A stretch of DNA of 64,000 bases from an uncultured Nitrososphaerota archaeon. Lineage in GTDB: Archaea > Thermoproteota > Nitrososphaeria > Nitrososphaerales > Nitrosopumilaceae. The DNA is taken from NCBI GenBank assembly GCA_963824385.1, contig CAWGPD010000002.1:32001-96000 (forward strand). Reading direction: 5' to 3'. This document shows positions 22,738 through 33,054 of the stretch, in pieces (the stretch's first letter is position 1; every line of letters starts with the position of its first letter). The position numbers and the translations under genes were made by a program. The notes below the pieces were generated by a model. That model saw only the letters and a list, made by a program, of their open reading frames with translations. It searched no databases and was not told the origin of the DNA.

Positions 22738-24073
22738 TTATTTCAAGTAATTTTTTAATGAAATATTGTCTGAACCAGGAATTTTAGCAATTTCAAATCC
22801 CTCGGCCCTTTTTGAGAAAGATTTGGTAGCATCAATTCCCATCTTAGTAGTAAGAAGATTTTTTTGATCACTTGATGGGTCTAGACTAGAGCCTCTTACT
22901 TTTGGCACAATTACTAGATCCTTGTCTGCTTGGAATCTTGTAGCCATTGCATATTCAACAGCAACTGGATCAGATGGATCAATATCATCATCTACCACTA
23001 CGACATTCTTAAGGGACCTATGAGCAGAAAATGTAGCAGTAATAGCTTTTTTTGGATCTGAATCATGTTTTTTTGAAATTTGAACTACGGCATGTAACCA
23101 TTTACAACCGCCCTCTGTTAGAACAACATTCTTGGTTTGTGGTAGTACTTGCTTTAGTTCCTTGTTTATTTTAGCTTCAATAGGCATCCCCATCAGTAAT
23201 TGATGCTCGGCAAAACCAGACTAACACATCATGGAAGATGGGATTATTTCTATAGTATATTCTATCAAGCTCAAAAACTGGTTGAGCTCTTTTGAAATCA
23301 TAAGTACGAAGCATTTCAACCATCCATTCTTTGTGTGTCTTATCCTTGAGAATTCTTCCCTCGATTATTATTTCTGATTCTGATGGTACATGCATTCCAG
23401 AGTAAGGAGACATAGAAAGTGTAAGTTTTTTGTTCAATAACTCATTTGCAATATTGAGCTCATCTTTTCCCCAATCAGCTTGATACGCCCCTGCAATAGA
23501 AACAGCTGGATGAACACCTATCGATATAGCAATTTTAAGATCTTCTCCGTGTTCTTTTGCATAAACAAATGTTCTATGAAGATGTCTTCCTTCTACCATT
23601 CTTATTGAGAAATGTTTGTCATCCATTCGCAATAATCTATTAAATGATGAGTTTTGTGTACCCATTTCTTGATTTTTAGTATAAATGATTGATGAAGTAA
23701 TGAAAGGTCCAGGTTCTTTTTCAAAATGAGTCACTATTGGTAAGGTAAAAAGATCCCTTGACTGATTTTCCATAAATTTGGCTTTTTTGTTTATTTTTGG
23801 TTTTGATGCATGATTTATAGCAGAAATTACTTTTTCATGTATTTTATCTTCAGTAGAGCCAACTGCATAAGCAAATCTCTTTCGTGTACCAACTAAATTT
23901 GAGACTACACGGAATTTACTATCTCTGATATTTTCAAATAATAGTGCTTTTGAGCCGTCCATCTTGGCAGTTACTGCTGCAATCTCAAATTTTGTAGAAA
24001 CCTTCTTTTTTATTAAAGCCAATTCACCCTTTTTAGAAAGGATGTCCAGATAGCTTCGCATATCAGAAGTCAT
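22738..24073 (-). CDS. UbiD-family decarboxylase (apparent frameshift at ~23220)
   Basis: RMVEGRHL, VVVDDDID, SSLDPS, KMGIDAT; substrate not assignable. Confidence 0.88.
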
Positions 24074-24409
24074 TGTTTTATAATCTCCATCAACTCATTC
24101 ATTAGAACTTTCATACTATCAAGATCTAAATCTTTTTCAATATTTAATGAAAAAATACAGATCCCGTTTATTGTAGAAGCTACTCGCTCTGATACCATCT
24201 TAAGAAAAATTGTCTCAGATTTTGATGGTATAACAGCAGTCTGTACTTATTCTCCCACCTGAACTAATAGAAACAACAAGTGTCCCTATCCTCTCCTTTC
24301 CTTCAGTAATGGAAACAAAATTTCCATTATCGTATGGAAGAATTTGTACCAAGAAATCTCGATGATTCACTTCGACGGTTTTTTTTGTATAGCCGACTTG
24401 TGAAATCAA
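24070..24409 (-). CDS. Small hypothetical protein, possibly proteasome assembly chaperone-like (apparent frameshift at ~24240)
   Basis: Removing one base gives ...STAAVIPSKSETIFL...MEIIKQ* overlapping the UbiD start. Confidence 0.6.
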
Positions 24410-24433
24410 CAGTTTACTTCAGACTTACTACGT

Positions 24434-24890
24434 CTATATTGCTACCGGCGCTAAAGATACTTTCTTTGTAACTTTTGCAGTCTTAGCATTTTTTGCTGGC
24501 TTTACTACCATAGGCTCTAGTTCAATTTTCTCTACTACAATTTTTGCAGTCTTAGCCTTTGCAGTCTTAGCCTTTGCAGTCTTAGCCTTTGCAGTCTTAG
24601 CCTTTTTTGCTGGCTTTACTACTATTGGCTCTAGCTCTATCTCCTCTACTTCTGCAGCCTTGACAGCAACAGCTTCTAGTTGATCAGCTTCGACTCTCAG
24701 CTCGTAATTTTGCTTTGTATTTTAGGTTTCGTGGTTTAGTTCTTAGTCTATATCCGCAGCAAGGACACCAAAGACCCTCCCATTTTATGAAAATTTCACA
24801 AATTTGGCATCTTTTTTGTCCTGACGCGTAACGACCAGTCCCTACTGGCTTCTGTGCCTTGTATCTTGTGCATATTCCTTTACATGTCAT
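24434..24890 (-). CDS. Cys-rich Zn-ribbon protein with Lys/Ala-rich repetitive tail (apparent frameshift at ~24698)
   Basis: MTCKGIC..CQIC..CPCC; after removing one base the frame continues RARVEADQL...KAKTAKAKTAK...APVAI*. Confidence 0.75.
24543..24602. repeat. Four perfect tandem copies of TTTGCAGTCTTAGCC (15 bp, KAKTA on minus strand)
   Basis: Copies at 24543, 24558, 24573, 24588; partial related copy near 24474. Confidence 0.97.
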
Positions 24891-25117
24891 GTTATTCGAT
24901 ATTTTATAGTAATAGTAAATATTTAAGCATGGATCAAAAATTTTTATAATTTTAAGACATCTTTTATGAAATAATTATTTTTTGGCCTTATTTGGAGCCA
25001 GATAGTTTTCAAGAAAAAAATGAAAAACACTATAAATATCTATCGTTCTTTTACATCTTGATATAAAGATCATCCTTAAATGAAAGATCGGTAAATTTTT
25101 TACGAATTTCGGTATTT

Positions 25118-25741
25118 TTAGCCCATTCTTGAAAGTGGAAGTATAAGATGTCTGTAACCTTCTCTTTGTGTAATACATCTGGCAGATATCTTATCACGTT
25201 CTCCCCTTTTGTTATAATTTCTTATCTTCAATGATGTTTTATGCTCATCCACAAATTCTAGTTCAAAGTGTGAACAGAATTGAAGATTAAGTGAATTTAC
25301 AATGTGCCTAGCAATTCTCATGGTACCATTTCCGACTTTGACAACTTTTTTTTGAGCGTTAATTCCTGCCAAAATTTTGACAATGTGTGATACCAGATCA
25401 TCAATAGAGGTATAAAATGAACTCTCAATTTCTTTTTCATAGTAAAAAACGGATAGTCCTATTCTACTACCCGGATCAATTCCGATTACTAGTGAACTCT
25501 TGTTAAGTCCCGATTGTAATTTTTTGACTATTTTTGCTTTTACAATAGTAGGATGATGATCGAACTCGTCATCTAAAAGAACTAGATTGGTTGGAATTTG
25601 TAATGATTCAGGCATGGTAGTAAGAATTAGTCTTTTATCTGAACAAGTAATTTCTTCAGGTAAGACAGAATCATAATTTAATTTAAGATATTTCAAAACA
25701 TTTACAAATTTAAAATATGATTTTCCAGATACCGTTGCCAC
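25118..25741 (-). CDS. Hypothetical protein with RNase H-like (YqgF/RuvC-like) domain
   Basis: VIGIDPGSRIGL, VKVGNG, VDEHKTS, RDKISA; true start uncertain. Confidence 0.7.
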   Translation of the reverse strand: MATVSGKSYFKFVNVLKYLKLNYDSVLPEEITCSDKRLILTTMPESLQIPTNLVLLDDEFDHHPTIVKAKIVKKLQSGLNKSSLVIGIDPGSRIGLSVFYYEKEIESSFYTSIDDLVSHIVKILAGINAQKKVVKVGNGTMRIARHIVNSLNLQFCSHFELEFVDEHKTSLKIRNYNKRGERDKISARCITQREGYRHLILPLSRMG

Positions 25742-25833
25742 TGCTATGTTATTTTGTGGTTGGTAGGGTATGATTAAGTACGCATCCTAGAAAATTTAAG
25801 GATTGTTTGTGTGTTGTTATTGATCAATGAATT

Positions 25834-26175
25834 TCATTTAGTTGTCAATAGAAGTATTGCTCGTGCAAGATCCCCCTTTGCTTCAGTTAAGGCATTTGTT
25901 GCCTCTTCTGGAGATACATTAGCCTGTTGTGCTACAAGTAGTATGTCTTCTTGACTAAAGATAGGTACTTCAAGTTCTCTTTCTTCATAGCTTTCGGCAA
26001 TTATTTGGAAAATTGAATTATCTTTTGCCTTCATTTCTGTAACTGACGGTTTTGTAATTATGATTTCTTTTGTATCTGTCTTAATTATGACCTCTTGTAC
26101 ATTCTGTACGTCTTTCATTTCAAGGCCCATTTTGTCCAACATTCTCCGCATCTCGCGGTTTCCCCCACGCATCAT
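25834..26175 (-). CDS. nac: Nascent polypeptide-associated complex protein
   Basis: MRRMLDKMGL, EVIIKT, UBA-like GDLARAIL. Confidence 0.93.
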   Translation of the reverse strand: MMRGGNREMRRMLDKMGLEMKDVQNVQEVIIKTDTKEIIITKPSVTEMKAKDNSIFQIIAESYEERELEVPIFSQEDILLVAQQANVSPEEATNALTEAKGDLARAILLLTTK

Positions 26176-26182
26176 GGTATAT

Positions 26183-26659
26183 TCATACTCCACTGTTTGT
26201 ACTTTTTAAACTATCTCTGATCTTCACAGCTACTCCTTTTTTAAACGACAGTATCATTCTTGCAGATAATACAGCCTTACCCACCGCTATTACTTTGTTA
26301 TTATGAAGAACTGCTACATCTCCACCTATCATTATGTTCTTTCCACACCAAGTAACATGCTTACAAAATACAGAGCTTCCTTCTTGAACAAAGGCCTTCG
26401 AGTCATCATCAATTTCAAGACAGTTTTCTTTGAACTTTTTACTCTTCATGAGTATCTGAGCAAAAAATGGTGTAATAGCAAGACCACCATCTGTTCTTAA
26501 CGTACAAAGTAAGGCATCATTTTGGTGTACATGTTTTATTCGTCCTGTATTCTTTGAATACGTGATCATTACGTACTTTGGAAGATATTTTGATACTCCT
26601 TGACCAAAAAGTGCATCCAATGTATACCTGATTTTAAGGACTGAATCCATGTGATTCAT
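26183..26659 (-). CDS. PUA-domain RNA-binding protein (archaeal TGT C-terminal-like)
   Basis: SKNTGRIK, SVFCKHV, AVGKAVLS, GVAVKIR. Confidence 0.8.
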   Translation of the reverse strand: MNHMDSVLKIRYTLDALFGQGVSKYLPKYVMITYSKNTGRIKHVHQNDALLCTLRTDGGLAITPFFAQILMKSKKFKENCLEIDDDSKAFVQEGSSVFCKHVTWCGKNIMIGGDVAVLHNNKVIAVGKAVLSARMILSFKKGVAVKIRDSLKSTNSGV

Positions 26660-26701
26660 TTCATTTACCCGTGTTAATTATTTTTGCAACATGAAAATGA
26701 C

Positions 26702-26730
26702 CTATATAGTAATCCCTAACAACTATATAG
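26702..26730. promoter_or_regulatory. Two CTATATAG palindromes 21 bp apart upstream of the PhoU-type regulator
   Basis: Copies at 26702-26709 and 26723-26730; second at TATA distance from ATG 26752. Confidence 0.45.
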
Positions 26731-26751
26731 AATAATCATTACACGTATAAT

Positions 26752-27795
26752 ATGGGATCAAATGAAGAGATGCGAAAAATACAGTTTACAGGTAAATCAT
26801 CATACATTGTTTCACTTCCAAAACAATGGATAATGGATATGGGTCTTAAACAAGGAGACCAGGTTGCTGTAGTTAGACAAGGAGTTTCCAATTTACAAAT
26901 TGTACCATTAAAACATCATAACAAACCTGCAGGTACAGAAGAAGCAACAATTGAGATCAAACCAGAAGACGCAGATTCTACAATAGTTAGGAAATTAATT
27001 TCACTGTATCTTCTTGGATTTACTATAATAAACATAAAATCAAAAGTCGGAAGATTAAAGCCATCTCAAAGAAATTCTATCAAAGATGCAGTAAAGGGCA
27101 TTTTAATGGGAACTGAGATTACTGCTGATTCGATTGAGGGAATTACTATTCAAGTACTCATTAATTTATTTGAACTTTCAGTTGATGGTGCACTAAAAAG
27201 GATGTTAATAATAGCAAAATCAATGCAAAATGATGCACTACTTGCGCAAGAAGAAGCAAATTTTGATCTAGCAAAAGAGGTCATAAACAGCGATGATGAA
27301 GTAGATAGATTCAGTTTTTACATCATGAGGCAGCTCAAGATAGCCATACAAAATGAACATATGTTAAATGAAATGGGAATAGAGAGTCCCTATCATTGCT
27401 TGGGATATAGACTAATAGTAAAAAACATAGAACGTGTAGGAGATCATGCAACAGAAATAGCAAAAGATTTACTTGAATATAAAAAACCAATCAAGAAATC
27501 AGTACTTGAACCCATACATGAAATGAATGCGTTTACCTTAGCAGTATTGGATGATGCTTGCTTATCACTATTCAAAAAGGAATCCAATCATGCAGAACGA
27601 ACGATACAAAAAACAGCTGAAATTTCAAAATATGAAAAAAAGGTACAAGACAGTATGAAAACATTGAGAGATGCTGAAGAGATCTACAGAGTAAGAAGAA
27701 TGAGTGAAAACATTCGAAGAATATCAGAGTATGCAAGTGATATAGCAGAAATTGTACTTGATGTAACTATAGAAAAGACTCTTCGAAAGCAATAA
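26752..27795 (+). CDS. phoU: AbrB-PhoU phosphate uptake regulator
   Basis: RKIQFTGKSSYIVSLPKQW AbrB domain; DDEVDRF and IERVGDHA PhoU repeats. Confidence 0.88.
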   Translation: MGSNEEMRKIQFTGKSSYIVSLPKQWIMDMGLKQGDQVAVVRQGVSNLQIVPLKHHNKPAGTEEATIEIKPEDADSTIVRKLISLYLLGFTIINIKSKVGRLKPSQRNSIKDAVKGILMGTEITADSIEGITIQVLINLFELSVDGALKRMLIIAKSMQNDALLAQEEANFDLAKEVINSDDEVDRFSFYIMRQLKIAIQNEHMLNEMGIESPYHCLGYRLIVKNIERVGDHATEIAKDLLEYKKPIKKSVLEPIHEMNAFTLAVLDDACLSLFKKESNHAERTIQKTAEISKYEKKVQDSMKTLRDAEEIYRVRRMSENIRRISEYASDIAEIVLDVTIEKTLRKQ

Positions 27796-27821
27796 GATAG
27801 CGAAGGGACGGTTATACAATA

Positions 27822-28950
27822 TTGAAAGATTCTGCCATTCTCATAACATATGATAGAGAAGATGCTCTAAAAGAAGCACTGGGTCTTTGTGATGCTGCAG
27901 GATATGAGGTTCGTAAGGTCATACAACATCGATTTTTAAACAAGTCAAAGTATGGTCTTGGAGAAGGAAAGGTAGAGGAACTTAGAGAAATGTTGAGTAC
28001 AGTAAAACCTGATGTAATAATCTTTGATGAAATTCTCAAACCAAGTCAGAATTATAATTTAGCCTCTACTCTTAAAATGAACATTCTGGATAGGGAAGCT
28101 CTAATTCTTCAGATCTTTGAACGTAGAGCAAAGAGTTCAGAATCAACATTACAAGTAAAAATGGCACAGTTAAGATATGAGATGTCAAGAGCTAGAGAAA
28201 AAGTTAGACTGGCAAAGATGGGAGAACAGCCAGGATTCATGGGAATAGGAAAGTTCGAAGTTGATGTCTACTTTAATGACATCAAAAATAGAATGAACGG
28301 TGTAAAAACAAAATTAGTAAAGGCATCAACTCAACGTGCTCTTCATAGACAAGCAAGAGAAAGATTTGGATTCAAAACGATCTCACTTGCAGGGTATACA
28401 TCAGCAGGAAAAACTACACTTTTCAACATATTAACAGGAGAAGAAAAAGAAGAAAGTCCAAAACTTTTCACTACTCTATCTACAACTACACGAAAGATCA
28501 CTCTCAAAAACTCTGAAGTTTTAATTTCAGATACTGTAGGTTTCATAAGCAAGCTTCCATCATACATGGTAGCAGCATTCAAGTCAACTCTTGAAGAACT
28601 TGTGTATACAGATGTTGTAATAGTTGTAATTGATGTTAGTGACGACATTTTAGAACTAAGAAAAAAATTCAGGAGACTGTATTTCTACTTTAGACGAAAT
28701 TGGAGTAAGTAAAGATAAAATGATTTTTGTTCTAAACAAGTCAGACTTGATTTCAAAAGAACAAGTTGCAGAGAGAGCTAAAGAATTAGGTATGGATGAT
28801 TATAAAAAATGGTTACCAGTATCTTCCATAACTAGATATAATATTAATCAATTAAAGACGCTAGTATTCGAGGCAATAGATGCAATACCTATAACAGGAA
28901 GAAAAACTGAAATATCAAAACCACAGAAGCAAAGAAAATTACAAAGATGA
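27822..28950 (+). CDS. hflX: GTPase HflX (apparent frameshift at ~28676)
   Basis: [33 protein letters not shown]4 motif in downstream piece. Confidence 0.93.
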
Positions 28951-29486
28951 AGATCGAAGTTTTACGCATAGGTACACGCCTTGTCAGAGATGACAGAGTA
29001 ACAACACATGTCACTCTAGTATCAAGAGCATTTGGCGCCTCAAAAATATACATGTATGATGCAAATCCGGAGATCAAAGAAACTATTTCCAAAGTAAATA
29101 AAATGTGGGGTAGCGATTTCAAAATAGAAATTATTGAGAATTGGAAAGATATTGTCAGATTAAAAAAGAAAGAGTCGTTTAAAATAGTTCATTTGACAAT
29201 GTATGGTGAGAATATTAACACTATACAAGATGAGATACGAAAAGAAGAAAATATTTTGATAATTGTTGGGGCAGAAAAAGTTCCAAGAGAGGCATATGAC
29301 ATGTCTGATTACAATGTAGCAATTGGAAATCAGCCACATTCAGAGATTTCAGCCCTTGCAATCTTACTAGATAGGATTTTACAAGGTCAATATCTTGAGA
29401 AAAAGTATTCTGATGGAGAACGAGAAATAGTACCAACAAAAAAAGGGAAAAACGTAATTACTAAAACTGCTATTTCAGATGATTAA
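28947..29486 (+). CDS. trm56: tRNA (cytidine56-2'-O)-methyltransferase
   Basis: RDDRVTTHV, HLTMYG, VGAEKVP, GNQPHSE. Confidence 0.93.
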   Translation: MKIEVLRIGTRLVRDDRVTTHVTLVSRAFGASKIYMYDANPEIKETISKVNKMWGSDFKIEIIENWKDIVRLKKKESFKIVHLTMYGENINTIQDEIRKEENILIIVGAEKVPREAYDMSDYNVAIGNQPHSEISALAILLDRILQGQYLEKKYSDGEREIVPTKKGKNVITKTAISDD

Positions 29487-29566
29487 ATATTTTGATAGAT
29501 AGTATTGGATAAAAAAACAGGTTTAAAACCATTGATTAAATATGGACATCAGGAAGTAAATGTACA

Positions 29567-30076
29567 ATGTCGGTTGAACATGAGGATCCTTTTGTAAAAA
29601 TTGCCGCATTAATTGGAGGAGATGAATATCTCAAAGTTGCTCGCTCTCTACTTAACACAGAGGATGCAACTGATGAAGAAATTGCAAGCTCGACTGGACT
29701 TAGAATCAACATAGTTAGGAAGGTTTTGTATGATCTTTTTGGTAAAGCTTTGATAACAGGAATAAGAGTAAAGGACGAAAAGAAAGGATGGTTTGTCTAT
29801 AGATGGAGAGCAAGAAGAGATGAGGTAGATAATTTCATTGAGAATCAAAAGAAAAAGATTGTAGAAAGATTACAACATAGAGTAGATTATGAAAACTCTG
29901 CAGACTTTTATCATTGTGGAAATGAAGACTGTCAAAAACTAACTTTTGAAAAAGCCCTTGATCTTTCCTTCAAATGTCCAACTTGTGGAAAATTAGTAAA
30001 TCTCTCAAAAAATGAAAAGCTCAAAAAAGCATTACAAAGCAAAATTAATCAGCTACGTGATGATCTAAAACACTAA
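29567..30076 (+). CDS. tfe: Transcription factor E alpha
   Basis: TDEEIA wHTH, VRKVLYDL, GWFVYRW, FKCPTCG. Confidence 0.93.
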   Translation: MSVEHEDPFVKIAALIGGDEYLKVARSLLNTEDATDEEIASSTGLRINIVRKVLYDLFGKALITGIRVKDEKKGWFVYRWRARRDEVDNFIENQKKKIVERLQHRVDYENSADFYHCGNEDCQKLTFEKALDLSFKCPTCGKLVNLSKNEKLKKALQSKINQLRDDLKH

Positions 30077-30717
30077 GAAGTATAATGTAAAACTATTTCA
30101 TTTTGTATTTTCTCAATCTTTTTTAATTTAAAAGAATCAGGTATTTCTCCAAAACCATCACCTTCAACTAGAGAAATTGCAGTACTACCTCCAATAACGT
30201 ATGGTGTGACTGTTAGTATAATTTCATCCACTAGTTTTTCCTTAAAAAAATACCAGTTTGTCGTACCTCCACCTTCAACAATAATTCTCTTGATTCCTTT
30301 TTTTTCTAGTATTTTTAATAGTTTCTTTAGATCGATTTTGTTTTTTCCACATCTTATTATTTCAACTCCTTTTGCAATAAATCTCTCAACTGTTCTTGGA
30401 GCATTTTCTGATACGACAAGTATGGTAGGAATTTTTTTTGCAGTTTCTATCACTCTGGATTTATCAGATAAACTTCCCTTTGAATCAAGAATTACACGAA
30501 TGGGATTTTTTCCTTTTACATATCGGACAGTAAGTAGAGGATCATCGATACTTATCGTATTTCTTCCTACAAGTATTGCATCAACTGTCTTTCTGAGTTT
30601 ATGAACTCGTATCAAATCTTGTTTGGATGAGAGATTAGATTTTCCCATGCGGGTAGCTAATTTTCCATCTATACTCATAGCAGCACTAACTATTACGTAA
30701 GGTCTAGATTTTGCCAT
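30073..30717 (-). CDS. arfC: 2,5-diamino-6-ribosylamino-4(3H)-pyrimidinone 5'-phosphate reductase
   Basis: AAMSIDGK, DAILVG, DDPLLTVR, VEGGG; no deaminase domain. Confidence 0.88.
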   Translation of the reverse strand: MAKSRPYVIVSAAMSIDGKLATRMGKSNLSSKQDLIRVHKLRKTVDAILVGRNTISIDDPLLTVRYVKGKNPIRVILDSKGSLSDKSRVIETAKKIPTILVVSENAPRTVERFIAKGVEIIRCGKNKIDLKKLLKILEKKGIKRIIVEGGGTTNWYFFKEKLVDEIILTVTPYVIGGSTAISLVEGDGFGEIPDSFKLKKIEKIQNEIVLHYTS

Positions 30718-31894
30718 GAACTAATTTTCCTTCATACATTACTGCTTTTATTGTATTTTCTGAGGCACGTTGAACGATTGAGGCATGAGGATTATGCATT
30801 GGTTCCAAATCTATTGAATGTTTTTCAATAAATATACAGTCTGCTATTTTGTTATTTTGAATGACTCCTACTTTATTACCTAAAAGATTTGAAGCGTTTG
30901 TAGTTGCCATTTGAAGTATATTTTTTGGCATTAGTCGTTTTTTCTTAATACCCATTGAGACTTTCCAGAGATAATCCATCTCTCTGAACATATCAGGTGA
31001 GTTTATCATAACATTATCAGTTCCAATTGCTACATTACAACCAGTATCAAGCATTAGATTCACATCAGGAATACCTTCTGCAAGAGAACCATTGGCTCTT
31101 GGACATATTACAATGTTTATCTTGTTTTTATATACAATTGCAAGATCTTTTTTTGAGGCATATGTCATATGAACCAAAAAGTGGGGTTTTGAAAGGAGGG
31201 CTCTTTGAGTCTCAGTTTTTCCATACTGCTTTTGAGATATTTTGTTACTTTCTTCAGTCTCAGCTGAATGTATAGCACGAATCTTTCTTGTTGTTGCAAA
31301 ATATTTTATCGTAGAATTACTAAATTCATTTGGACCACTGATTCCAAGTCCATCACATGCAGTCAGAAGATTTTTCAGATCTAATTTTTTTAATTCCGGC
31401 ATAGACGTATTGTTCTTGATAGATTTTGAATCTTGATAATATTCAATTCTTCCCAAGATTATAGGTCTTATAGGAATATTTGATATTGCATTTTTTAATA
31501 GATTAATTCCCTCAGTACCACCTTCTCGAAAATCAATGAATGATGTTATGCCTTTTCTAATCATTGAAATGCATGAATTTTTCATAAAACTTGTTAGATG
31601 AGATTTATCTGAATTCTTGAGAATTTTTTGTTTGAATCCACTAACTGGATGTATCTTTTCCTCAACGTCAGAGTCTATGCCTATGTCTTTTGCTATAGAA
31701 TCTCCAATATGTGTATGAGAATTAATTAATCCAGGCATCATTAACAGACCTTCGCAGTCAAGTACCTGTTCATCTTTATGAGGTAAGAGTTTTTTTCCTA
31801 TTTGCCCAATGTGTTTTCCAGAAATTCTTACATGAGTACTTGGAATATACTCAAGTTCTCTACCATAAAGAAGACTGATATTTTTTATCAGCAT
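30704..31894 (-). CDS. Metal-dependent amidohydrolase inside riboflavin operon
   Basis: PGLINSHTHIGD, DFREGG, HSAE, LVH, CPRAN, GTDN. Confidence 0.85.
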   Translation of the reverse strand: MLIKNISLLYGRELEYIPSTHVRISGKHIGQIGKKLLPHKDEQVLDCEGLLMMPGLINSHTHIGDSIAKDIGIDSDVEEKIHPVSGFKQKILKNSDKSHLTSFMKNSCISMIRKGITSFIDFREGGTEGINLLKNAISNIPIRPIILGRIEYYQDSKSIKNNTSMPELKKLDLKNLLTACDGLGISGPNEFSNSTIKYFATTRKIRAIHSAETEESNKISQKQYGKTETQRALLSKPHFLVHMTYASKKDLAIVYKNKINIVICPRANGSLAEGIPDVNLMLDTGCNVAIGTDNVMINSPDMFREMDYLWKVSMGIKKKRLMPKNILQMATTNASNLLGNKVGVIQNNKIADCIFIEKHSIDLEPMHNPHASIVQRASENTIKAVMYEGKLVHGKI

Positions 31895-32640
31895 GTTATC
31901 TCTAGAATTCGTGTATCTTTTTTTCCTGAATCTCTCAGTTCGCGGATCTTATCTAATGATTGAGTAGCCAACTTGGCTGCATCTCTTCCAGTTTTTGCTG
32001 TCCCAATTCCGCAGTTAAATGAGATATCATATTTTTGTTTCACAATTTCAAGAAACTTTGTTATTTCATCTTTATTCACACTTGAACTTATTATCATAAA
32101 ATTATCGCCCCCCATGAAAAATGCAAGTGAATTTCTTTGTAGAAAAAATTCTGACATTTCTGAACATAATTTGATAATAAGTAATGATACTTCATATGGT
32201 GACTTTTTTGCTGAGACTGAAGTAGAACCATCTACATCCATGTGTATAATCTGAACTGAATTTTCATCTGTTCCTAGAGGAAAGCCGAAAATATTATGAT
32301 CCTTATTTAATATGGTATTAGTGCGTCGTGCCTTGTCAGCAATTAAACTTGCTTCAAATGGAGTTTTACCTTGTCCTATAGACATTGACAAGCTCAACTC
32401 AAAGGACTTTACTAGTTGTTTTTGAATTTCTATATGATCATCAATTGAAAGACTGTTAGTTATAACAAATATTTCATCAAATCTGTTAGGAAATGCAAGA
32501 CAGTTTTTTTCTGAAAACAAATTTTGTATTTCTTTGTATAATGATGCTTGTAGCATCTGAAGTCTATGTTCCCGATCACTACCTAAGGTTAGAGTCCATG
32601 GTCCGTATCCAGTGATCTTAATTATTGTCAGTTGAATCAT
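31888..32640 (-). CDS. gch3: GTP cyclohydrolase III
   Basis: GYGPWTLTLGSDREHRLQ, RFD, FMGGDNF. Confidence 0.92.
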   Translation of the reverse strand: MIQLTIIKITGYGPWTLTLGSDREHRLQMLQASLYKEIQNLFSEKNCLAFPNRFDEIFVITNSLSIDDHIEIQKQLVKSFELSLSMSIGQGKTPFEASLIADKARRTNTILNKDHNIFGFPLGTDENSVQIIHMDVDGSTSVSAKKSPYEVSLLIIKLCSEMSEFFLQRNSLAFFMGGDNFMIISSSVNKDEITKFLEIVKQKYDISFNCGIGTAKTGRDAAKLATQSLDKIRELRDSGKKDTRILEITC

Positions 32641-33052
32641 TTTTAATTTTCTCCAGCTCGTCAGATAATTTCTTTACAGCCTCCACAGCTCTCTCAGATA
32701 CTGGTCGTATTCTTTGATGTGCCTGTCTATCGCTCATTCCAGGTCCTGTTATTCCTAATGTTACTGGTTTTTGATATTTAATTGAGAGATCTACAAGTGT
32801 TTTTGCAGTAACATTTGAAATTAGTTCATCATGTTTAGTTTGCCCTTTGATTACTGCCCCCAGAGTAATCACAGCATCAACATCCTTTTTTTGCAATAAC
32901 TTATCAATTATGAGAGGCATGTCAAACACACCAGGCACTTTACAGGTATACTTGACATTCATCTTCAACACTTTTGCCTTTTCTGTAGCTAGTTCCAGCA
33001 TTTTTGAAGTTACTTCACTGTTAAACTCTGCAACAACAATAGCTATATTCAA
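32618..33052 (-). CDS. ribH: 6,7-dimethyl-8-ribityllumazine synthase
   Basis: AEFNSEVT, VPGVFDMP, LGAVIKGQTKHD. Confidence 0.95.
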   Translation of the reverse strand: MNIAIVVAEFNSEVTSKMLELATEKAKVLKMNVKYTCKVPGVFDMPLIIDKLLQKKDVDAVITLGAVIKGQTKHDELISNVTAKTLVDLSIKYQKPVTLGITGPGMSDRQAHQRIRPVSERAVEAVKKLSDELEKIKNDSTDNN

Positions 33053-33054
33053 AA

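Noticed and set aside
24543..24602. Tandem repeat as a CRISPR array
   Set aside because: 15-bp units, no spacers, codon-phased, no cas genes
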